The notes beneath the pieces were generated by a model. The model searched no databases and had not been told where the DNA came from. It saw only the letters and a list, made by a program, of their open reading frames with translations. Positions 14,215 to 24,725 of a stretch of DNA of 64,000 nt are shown in pieces (within the stretch, counting starts at the first letter, position 1; every line of letters starts with the position of its first letter). A program made the position numbers and the translations under genes. The stretch comes from Takakia lepidozioides (lineage: Eukaryota; Plantae; Bryophyta), in contig CM060733.1 in assembly GCA_030704615.1 (NCBI GenBank), positions 23,374,001-23,438,000 of the forward strand, written 5' to 3'.

Positions 14215-17200
14215 ATGGAGCTGGGCATGGGGACTATGCTCCCGCCGCAGCCACTCGAGGTTTGTAGGAGAGAGAGAGAGACAATCTCCAGGGGGTCCGA
14301 TCCAACTATGGAAGTGGTCACGATAGCCTTGTTGACGATGGCTTTCGTGGTGGGTTGGAGTGGTTGCCCAGGAGCCGACGCTCAAGCAATACTGGGACCC
14401 GATATCAGCCCTGAATCGAAGATCACTTTCAACCAGACTTTGAGTTCGGCGAATGAAACCTTCTATCTGGGATTTCGTGCGATTCCGACTGATGCAACAA
14501 CGAACTATCTCTGCGTATGGTATGCTGGGGTTACTGTTCATCCTGTGTGGATAGCGAACCGTGACAGGCCTGTCAAAGAGGGAGCCTCCCTCGAGCTTAC
14601 CAGCGATGGCGACCTAGTTTTGTCTGAATCTGATGGGACTGTTGTGTGGACTTCCAACACAAGCACATCTGGTGTCACAAGGGCCACCTTCTTGGAGACG
14701 GGTGACTTGGTGCTGCTAAACAGTAGTGGGAGCTGGGTGTGGCACAGCTACGCGTACCCAACCGACACCTTTTTGCCAGGAATGACTGTAAGTTTACTTT
14801 CACTAGACTTGGCTTTCAAGAACAGGCTTGATATTAATGTCCATCTGAAGCTCGAGAAACCAGCATCCAGGAACTTCCTCAGAGACAGATGTATACCATA
14901 ATTTGGACGGCATATTCTGTCTGATCAATGACAGTAACTTATTAAATGGTCACATCTGCATGTGGTCAAATGTTGAATTACCATTCCCTAGAGACTATGC
15001 AGTAAAGGTAGGTATAAATCTCGACTAGACATCTTCACAATTTGGACTTCAACTTGTACTCACAATTCTCAGGAATCACCCGATGGTTAAATATGGAAAC
15101 TCGTGAAGGAATGGATCCCGAGGTAGATGTCTGTACAGGGCTTCGAAGGGGGGGAACCATCATGGATTTTGTTCAAAATCTCGAATGGACATCTTCAAAT
15201 TTGGGCCTCCCTCAGGAATGTTCACTAAACATCGTCTTGTACCTCTACGTGAGTGATTAAATGCTTTGTAGTAAAACACACAATCCTGTACTGCTAACTT
15301 CTAATCTCGGGTTTTAACCTCGATTTTAACAAAGATGTGTGGTGCAGGCGCGTGCAGGAACCAAATGCGTCAGTTGGCGGGGATGGAATGACCCAGCAAC
15401 TGGCCCTTACGCACTTCAGATGCTAACAGACAACAGTGGGCAGCAGGTCTTGACTTGGAATCTGTCCGTCCCATACTTCTACAGCGGCCCCTGGACTGGC
15501 AGTGCATATGAAAATATTCCCGAGTTGGGCATAGTGTCGTATCCTGATAGGTACATCTTTGATAATAGCTCTGGCAGCCCTACCGTCTCGTGGACAACTG
15601 GTGGGATTCGATCGAGGTTTAACAATCTTAGCTTAAAACGGTTTACTGTGGACGCAGACGGAGTTGCCCGCCAGTATATCTGGGACATAGATCCAAGTTC
15701 CTGGCTTACGTATTTCCTTGTACCCAAGCACCCATGCCAAGTGTACCGGGTGTGTGGGCAGAACGGAGTTTGCAACACCGATGAAAGTTCCCTTGTTTGC
15801 AGCTGCCTTCAAGCTTTTGAACCGACCGATCCGAATCAGTGGAGAGAGAATCAGTTCTGGTCTCAAGGTTGTAAGCGGACACTCCCTCTGAATTGTAGTG
15901 ATTCAGCTCCAGACAATTCAACGACGGACAAATTTGTTGCCCTGAATCAGATTTCATATGAAGGGGATAACAATCTTCACTCTTTCATAGGCCAAAGTGA
16001 GACATGGTGTAGAAACAGATGCTTAGAAGACTGTGCCTGCACAGGGTACACTTTCCAGAATGATACCACCTCCAACAACTGCTCTGTGGACTCCAGCTCT
16101 GTTCTTTTTAATGGGCAAAATTCGTCCAGCTTCTCAGGATCGTTCTTCTTGAGAGTTTCGGCAGATTTTCAGAGTCAGGCAGTAAATAGTCCACCACGTC
16201 AAATGTTGGGCCGGCGGCACAAGAAATCTATTACCTTGGCTGCTGTTATTTCAATTGGTTTAGTCTCCGGCTCCCTGGTTCTGTCTCTTCTTCTCGCACT
16301 AGTTTGGTGGGCTGTCAGAAGACATAATTATGCAGCCGCCAACCAGAAATCCTTAGACTACATCACCGGCGCTCTTATACGATTCTCATATAAGGAGCTG
16401 AGAGTTGCAACAAACAATTTTAGCGAGCAGCTAGGAAAGGGAGGGTTTGGCACAGTGCACAAGGGAGTTCTGCTGGACAACAGCATTGTAGCAGTGAAGA
16501 AGCTGGTGAGGCTTAAACAGGGTGAGAAAGAATTTCGCACGGAGGTCGCCGTCATAGGTAAACTGGCAAGCTACCTGCATATTATGTACATGCAACTGTT
16601 ATATAGCTGATGTTTACCTATGTTGATCTGGTCTTCTGTCACTGCCTTTCTGTCACAGTTAGAGTGCAAACAGTAAAACTTGCCCAGCATGAATGTAGGG
16701 ATTATACTGCACAGTTGTGTTGTATATGGCAGGTTTAGTGCCTGAGATCGTGACCCCGCCATGACAGGTACTGTTCAGCACATCAACCTGGTGCGCCTGC
16801 GGGGGTTTTGCACTGATGGTGTCCACCGTGCTCTAGTCTTCGATTATATGCCTAAAGGCTCCCTCGAAAAATACTTGTTCACCAAGAAGGCTGGCACTGA
16901 AGGGCCGCAAAAATTCCTTGATTGGAAGACACGATTCAACATTGCCCTGGGAACAGCCCGCGGCATCGCATACTTACACGAAGAATGCAGGATCTCCATT
17001 CTCCACTGCGATATCAAGCCGGAGAACATCTTGCTGGAGGAGGACTTCACTGCAAAGGTTGCAGACTTTGGCTTAGCAAGGTTTATGGGAGAAGATGTAA
17101 GCAGGGTGATAACAAACATTCGAGGCACAATTGGGTACCTGGCCCCGGAGTGGCTTAGTAGTGCAACCCTGACATCAAAGGCCGATGTCTACAGCTATGG

Positions 17201-17579
17201 AATGACGCTACTAGAACTTATCAGTGGACGAAGGACCATCGAGCTCTCTCTCCCTTCCGACAAATGGTTTGTTGCAGTATGGGCATTCCATCAGATGACG
17301 AATGGGGACTTTCGAAGCCTCACAGACGAGAATCTGCACATTGAGGATGTTGATCAGGAGCAGCTGGAAAGGGCAGTGCGGGTGGCTTTGTGGTGTGTGC
17401 AGGAGCAACCTGATCAGAGACCAACGATGGGGAGTGTGGTGAAGATGCTGGAGGGCAACGTTGTTGTGAGCGATCCCCCTGTTCCCGTATCGTTGGAAGA
17501 GGCCGAAGGTGAACGCAGATACCAAGACTTCTCTGAGCTGATGACCAGCAGAACCCAATCTCGAGGCTCATCTCTCTAG
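14215..17579 (+). CDS. G-type lectin S-domain receptor-like Ser/Thr kinase (SD2-like), copy A
   Basis: Exons 14215(or 14308)-14787, 15348-16557, 16768-17579. Signal peptide, B-lectin (VWIANRDRPV, YPTDTFLPG), SLG/EGF (CQVYRVCGQNGVC), PAN (CRNRCLEDCAC), TM, and kinase motifs GKGGFG, AVKKL, HCDIKPEN, DFG, GYLAPE. Confidence 0.95.
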
Positions 17580-18224
17580 GCGGTAGCGTTGCTAGCCTGA
17601 GGATCAACTTCAGCTATGACTGACTCAAACCCTAGGATTGACCCCTACTAGTAGGGGCTGGGACCACACGATTGTGGTCTGAATTTTGGACAAGAGAAAG
17701 GTGAAAAAAAAAAGGGGGTGCTGGGATCAAATTCAGGTAATCCATCAAAATCCAATAAATAAATAAAACTACGGTAACCTGTGCCGTTGGCCCAAGTGTC
17801 CAGTGTCATTTAATTAAGCCCAAGTCCAAGTAAGTCTCTTATGTAGAGGCCGAAGTGCGAACTTTGAAATTCGTGTTAGTTGTATTTCATCATTTTTTTT
17901 CCAAAGAGCCTATGACCAGATTTGAGCCGAGACCTTTCACTTTATATCTCTCTTTATATTCTCTCATGTCGAGGCTCCCACCAGTGTCCCAGGAATGCCC
18001 ACTTTCCTATTTTTCGGGAATTTCCAGCAACCTAAAGTACTTGAAATTCAACATCTCACACACCGCATGTCCGAAAATCATGAGACCAAGTTGGTGCACC
18101 CCTCCCCATGGCGGGCTTTCCAACGTTACCAAGCACCAAGGCTGGGGACCCACGGTTTGGGACATCTCAAATCTACAAAACACAAAACAAAACAAACGTC
18201 TGGATTCATATATTGATATCACTA

Positions 18225-18395
18225 GTCGGTAGCTGAGTTGGATAGTGCAATCTTCTGCCCATTCCTTGGAGGGTGTCCAATGGGTGAGGTTACTTTGAAA
18301 GAGGTTATTTTCTCAATTAAGGGGCCTGATTTGTGAGCTGTCACTTTCATGCGTTTTTGTTTGTTAAAAATTAAAACAAGAAAACAAGAAAAGAG
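18225..18395 (+). mobile_element. tRNA-derived SINE-like repeat, degenerate
   Basis: A-box-like GGTAGCTGAGTTGG. Body GGGGCCTGATTTGTGAGCTGTCACT shared with the copies at 38228, 47026 and 47225. A-rich tail. Confidence 0.55.
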
Positions 18396-21300
18396 AATAA
18401 TGATTACTATTGTTGTAAAGTAGTTGCCCCAGATCTATACAGAATTTCTCCTATACCTGACCGAGATCCTATAAATATTGGGTAGAATTCCGTGATCAGC
18501 GACTACAGCTCTCATCCCAGGTCAAATATGTAGAATATGAAATTCTTGATTGGAAAATTCTTGTATGGGAAATCCCATTTTAACAAAGAGAAAATGTCAT
18601 GAGGTCTTCGTTTAAGAGGTACCGCCCTCCCAAAGGTAGTTGCAAGATTTGGTTTCAAGCTTTCACATTTTGCCCTAGACGCTTGGTGGAATTTTCGGCC
18701 AGTGCTTTACGTAAGAACATGAGAGTGGGCCACATATCATCTTCAAAATTATCCTTTATCCACCTCAAACAGTAAATTAAACTATAAATTAAACTAAATT
18801 AACAATATCCAACTTACTCCTCAATCCGTGCTAAGAATCTGTGCTACTTATTTATCAAAGTACTAGGACAGAAATGCATCAGGTATTTGTTTGTTTGTTC
18901 GCATGAGAGTTCGTAACCGGTTGCAGAAATGGATGTATCTCTACACCAACTGGCTATTATAGAAGTAACAACGATAATAACTTTCATAACTATGATGGGC
19001 ATGATGATATCACTTACACTGGGTATGATCCATTCGAGTTAATGAGTCTAATATGGCTACGAACCCATTGAATGTTAACAAACTACTTGTCATCTTACAT
19101 TTATCACCTATGGGTCATATTGCGATCCATTCCTTGTTGGTGCTTGGTCCAGACAATGAAGTAGAGAATTACTCTCATGTCATGGTTTTAGTCACTCATG
19201 GTTAATTAGAAATATTCTTTTTTAAATAATCATTTCTAGATAATTAGGACAATATACATTTATATTTATATTTGGTTCCATGTGCCAAGTGAAGTGGCAA
19301 ATCTCACTAAGGATGTGGAGAGGCTTATTTTCACATGAGGCTTATGAAGGCTCGTCTTCTTCTAGCTACTCTCACCGCCATAGCTCTAGTTCTTGAGTGG
19401 TGAAGTGTGCAGGAAGTGTGTGAGGTACTTTGTATGGTGGATTGGGGGTGGATTTTTTTTAGCAAAGATGTCATTGGCTTGAATTGTATCGAGTGATAGA
19501 GTGAGGTTACACTTGGAAGAGTTGGGTTTGCTCCTTAGCCTATGGTGGTTTTATGTTTGAAGGTTCTCTACTGCATTCCGCTTCTGTCATTCCCTCTATT
19601 TCATTTATTAGTGTGGCACAGCTTTCTAGGACGGTATGCTAGCAAGTGTAGTTGGACAACAATGCACATTGTGGCACAATGCTTAGATGCACGACACTTT
19701 TAGGATTTCGTAGAGAAATAAAGCTTGAGTTCTAAAGGCAAACAACTAAGGGTAATCTTTCCTTGAGGCATCTAAACCTAGATAATGTAGAAAAAAAAAT
19801 TGGACCTATCATCGACAAGAACAGTCATAGTTATATTCACAACAATGATCGTTCATAGCTAGAATTGAGCCGTTGTGGATGATAGTGCATCAAAGGTGTG
19901 TGTCTCATCTTCACGTCAGATTCCAGTTGGGATGAAAAGAGACATTGTTTGTGAGGAGCGAGGTAGGAAGATATACTAGGCGACCTATTCCGAATAGACA
20001 AGAGCAGCAACGCCGGAAAGCAATGTCTAAAGCCCTATGGGTATTAAGTGTAGACAAAGACCTAGCTGAGGAATAGACAGTGAAGGTGAGGATTTCTGGG
20101 AAATTAGAGTTGCTTTGCAACGTCGTGCAAGCTTTCCTGTGAGCTTGTCTGACTCCATCAACCACTTGAGTGGCTGGTGATCCGAGACAAGGGTGAATGG
20201 ATTGCCGTATAGATAGTACCTGAAGTGTGCCACGGCCCACACTGCAGCTAAGCATTCTCCCTCATATGAGCTATATTTAGCCTCTGCAGTGTTGTTCGAG
20301 CGGCTAGTATAAGCCACTACGAACTCTCTTCCCTCATTATCCACTTGTGTGAGCACCGCTCCAAGCCCCAGCATGCTCCAATCTGTATGTAGCTGAAAAA
20401 AACGCCCCCTGATAGGTCGTCTCAAGATGGGCGCCGAGGTCAACCTCACCTTGAGCTCTTGGAAAGCTCGTTCTTGCTCATCTTCCCATTGCCACTCTTG
20501 GTCCACCTTGGTCAGCTTGGTTAGAGCCTTTGCAATGGCACTAAATCCCTTGATAAACCGTCTATAACAGTTTGCCAAACCCATGAAAGCTCGAACTCGG
20601 CTCACATCTGTGGGGCGTGGAATTTGTGCAATGGCCTCTATCTTAGTCTGTTGTACCCCAATCCGCCAAGATATATCATGTGACCCAGATACTCAATCTG
20701 GTTGTGGAAAAACTTGCACTTCCCCGGATGTAACTTCAATCCGTGCGCCCTCAAGCGCTCAAATACCACGTGAAGGTGTCTCTCATGCTCCTCCACCGTA
20801 GCACTAAAGATGATGATGTCATCTATGTAGCACCGAACAAACTTCACCCCTGCTAGAATCCTGTCCATGACTCTCTGAAACTCTGCAGGAGCGTTCTTAA
20901 GCCCAAATGGTAAGAACGGCCACTGATATAGGCAATCCTTCCCGTGCTCATTGATCCCCCAGAATGTTGTCTTCTGCTTATCGGCCTCCTTGATCGGTAA
21001 CTGGTGATATCCGGATCGTAAATCCAAAGTGCTAAAAACCTTGGCATGCCCAATGGCATCAACGATCTCCTCTGGTGTTGGCATGGCATACCTATCGGAC
21101 TTGGTTTGACGATTTACAGGCCGGTAATCACCGCACATACTTCTCTCCGTCCAATTGCCATAGATATCCTTCTTGGCTGGCATCACTGTGGCTAAAACAT
21201 ACTCTCCACCAGATAGCTCCACCAAACCAGCCTCCCAAAGGTCTTGAGTCATCATCTGAATCAAGGTCCTCTCCATGTCACTGTATCTATAGGGTCTCCG

Positions 21301-21824
21301 AAAGATTGGCGTGTCAGTGGCCAATTCAATGCGAATCTCTTGACCCTTCAGTGCTCCCAAGTTCTGCAAAGCAGTTCCTGTAAGCCCTCAAGAACTGCCG
21401 TATATGTTGTCTCTCTCCTTCGGTGACTATGGGTCCAACATCAGGCTCTCAGTTGTCCTCCGTGATTGCAACCTTGAGTCCAGCAGGCTTAGAGGTAGAA
21501 GACGCATCCCGTGGTTGCTATGCTGCAACCTCTTGAGTAGTAACCACTCCATGCTCTGTCAGTGACAATGCCTCATCCTGCCCCATCATCTCATCCTTGA
21601 GGACCTTCTCAACCCGAGAAAAATCCCCAACCTCATCCATCACCGCCGCCTTGGCTGCAAACTCCCTCTGAACCTCAAGCACCTCCCACGTGTGCCATGG
21701 ATACGGCCTGCACCTTGTGGTCCTCACCTGTTCACCCCCACTCGCTGCTTGTACTGTCTCAGTAGGCAGAGAGACTATCAAGGGAAGTGTACTCCATATT
21801 CTGCGCTGCTCAGCCATAGCCCAG

Positions 21825-22770
21825 CTGATAATCCAGGTCAAGCAATTGAGATCCATTGCTTGCCCCAACACCTGACGACGTGATGCCTCAGAAAGAGATG
21901 GCACCGCCGTAGTACCAGTGGTAAAACCCATCGGCCACTCGCACTCGTCAGCATTGGCTCCACTAACTGCTGCAACTGGCTAACCCACAAGAGGCCAGGT
22001 CCACCATCCCAGAAAGCATGAGATCCTGGAAAGCTCAGCAGTGTAGGCAATGTTGCTCGTGGGTGACCCACCTTATTGACCACTGCCAAAGGTGACCGGT
22101 CATCGTGTCTCACACGGTGAAACTGCCTCCCTATGTCCAAAATGCTATCCACCGTCAAGTTTGGTGGCCGCTGCACCCCATCAAATGCACGCTTGAGCAG
22201 TGCAAGTGGCATCAAGTTGGTCCACCATAGTCGTGGGTGATGAGCCCGTGACCCCACTGCAGCTGCATCCAGCAACACTGCTGACCCAAGCTAAGACTGC
22301 ACTTGATGTACATTGGCCATCACCTTGGCCCGAGAATCACCCATCAATGGCACATTCTCCAAGATATATGCCAGAGAGTCTGTCTGCTGAAGCTGTAAAT
22401 AGCGCAGGACCCTCAATATCTCCCAAAACAGACGTGACCTTGAGTCATGTAACCCATTGCCATGCCCCGCTGATGAATGCCCTTGGCAGGGCCAAACTGC
22501 CACTACCAAGTGAATAGGGCCAAACCGCTCCAAATCCTGCGCCCCCAGCAAAGAGATGTCTGCTGGCAAGGCTTGCTGGTATCCACGAACTGCAGACACT
22601 GGCAACAAATCAGGGTACTACTGAACCAACTGAGCAATATGGCGCAGTGAGATGCGTCGTGCAGTCTCATCCATCTCCACATACAGGTAACGTCGAACTC
22701 GTATACCTGTCTGCAGCACTACAGCCAATCTAGTGCTGATCCCGCCAAACAAGTCCAGAAGGCATATGCC
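21825..22770 (-). pseudogene. DNMT3-like C5 cytosine DNA methyltransferase domain inside the Gypsy pol polyprotein, disrupted by stops
   Basis: In the protease reading frame: motif I ICLLDLFGGIS (22770-22738), II RYLYVEMDE, IV GPIHLVVAVWPCQ, V GLHDSRSRLFWEILRVL, VI ILENV, VIII DAAAVGSRAHHPRLWWTNL. After a 1-nt frameshift, IX-X ECEWPMGFTTGTT..SRRQVLGQAM. Confidence 0.9.
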
Positions 22771-23975
22771 TTCATCCGGGCACTGCTACACAAGAGGTGT
22801 GGTGTCCAATGGCGATAACTGAGGTGGTCCTGGTGCAATCACCGCACTCTCATCTTCTTTTGACGGTACAAAGGCCTCTATTCAGGCTTGTTGCACATGT
22901 CTATCAGCAGCCTGCTGCAAATCCTTGCTCGTACCACACAATGGAGTGTGAGCAACCATGACAGACAACTCCGCCGTACCATGCATGTCATCCTGCTCTG
23001 CTGGAGGTGGTACATCCTCTGCATGGGCATTGCCCTCCAGCAATTCTCCAGGCCGACTAACTGCAGCTGTAAAGGCTGCTAGTATTGGCATCTTGCCCCG
23101 CTGGGCAGCAGCAACACCCCCAATGAATGTCACAGGGACGTGTACACGACGACCATCCACTGACTGCCATCCAGGCCTGTAGGATGCTGACTCCTCCCAA
23201 AAATCCAGGGTGAAGCCCATGGAATACAACACTGCCCCACCAACGAGGACATCGTAAGAGACCGCGTCTATCACAATGGCCTTGGCTTGCTTCACTGAGC
23301 CATCTATAGGATGATCCAACTGTAGTCTAATGGCCAACTCAAGCCGTGTCATGTCCCGAGCCTGCTCTGATCCTCTCAGAGATGTCTGTATCTGGAAGGG
23401 ACAAGGCTCCATATCCGCCTCCATGAGGCCCAAACCTGCAATAGCGGCTCTGCCCAATATCAGTGGCTGAGCTCTCGAGTCCAAAGACCCGCAGTGGCCG
23501 GTACCTCTTGCCTGTCGGTCCACTCAAAGAGAAAACGTCATCATGGTTGTCTAACAAGACAACTCCAGGTGTCACCATGGCACGCTCAAAGGCTGGCCTA
23601 GCTGGCAGCTCCGTCAACCTGGCAGCTGCAGCTTGCCATGGCGCAGCCGTGGCAGTCTTGACCCTCAAATCCGAGGATCCCTCTGCCACTACACCTTCCA
23701 CTAACTCCGCAGAAGATGAAGTGACCTCCTCACTCTCACAAAGTGTTGCTGCTAGTCTGAACACTGCAGCTGGTCTTACCCCCGGCATCGCAATCATGGT
23801 TGCCGAGAACAGTGGGGCCTGACATACAGAGATGGCCGCCCCCAACAACACACTGGCTGCACTAGCCTTGACAGTAGGTGTCAGTGTTGCACGTGTAGCT
23901 CTTCCCAATGGCACAATAACGGCCTCTGTTTCCGTATCCGTCGGGCGAGAACTAGATGCTATGGATGTTGTTGAT

Positions 23976-24725
23976 GGGCAGTTGCAGGATTGGGTGGATC
24001 AAAAGTGACACATGTTGAGTCCACTGGAAATCCATGGATTTATTTTATTTTTTTGAGTCTATTGCTCTCAGTTTATTTTTTAAGGATAGATAGTAGTATA
24101 CATAACATTTTTAGTAAAGAGTCTCTCCTCAAATATTGAAACCATTCTTTACTAGATATTTTAATCTTTAATTTGAAAAAACATTTAGACGTCAAAATCT
24201 AGAGTTTATAACCACTTGTCCATATACCACCTAGCACCTCTAGATTATAGGTTTGTATGTCTTTTTAGTAAAAGACGACACCTCAAAAACCCAAAACATA
24301 AGATATTATGGACTAGAGCAAATCAACCTGTTTTTATGTGCAAAATAGTCTATAACTCTCAATTCCTAAGATAACTAGTCCATATAAAAGTGGATTTGGG
24401 TTGGATTTAAAAATGGCACCCCTAGTGTGTTTTCTTTTATGCCAGTGTATGAGTGTACATAATGTTTTTTCAATCCATAAGATTTTATGTATAACATCTG
24501 CACTCCACAGTAATCAACTTTAAAAGTCCATGGTTCTCTGGTACATGATTGTTTTGGCAATCTAACAATTGGTACACATACCCATTGTAGTTAGAAACCC
24601 TATACCATATAAATTTAGATGAAATATTGAGTTGTTCGACAAATATGGGTAAAACCATGGAGGGAGGTCACTGCAGAAACGGCCATGTTACACAAAAACT
24701 GAGACACCCAATCCTGCAAATACCC
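23976..24725. mobile_element. ~750-bp AT-rich MITE inserted in the Gypsy gag-protease linker
   Basis: Imperfect TIRs GGGCAGTTGCAGGATTGGGTG / CACCCAATCCTGCAAATACCC. Flanks TGAT/TGAC. Removing it rejoins the host peptide ETGSTTS. Confidence 0.75.

Noticed and set aside
13933-14541. 202-aa antisense ORF over kinase exon 1
   Set aside because: Shadow ORF; interrupted by a stop in the paralogue (42909-43208).
19200-20120. Possible gag/zinc-knuckle and LTR remnants on the plus strand truncating the Gypsy copy
   Set aside because: Too degenerate to assign, and no clear termini or TSD.
21825-22770. Host DRM/DNMT3 gene or bacterial contamination as the source of the MTase
   Set aside because: Intronless, unpermuted, in frame with the retroviral-type protease and directly followed by RT, inside a plant scaffold.
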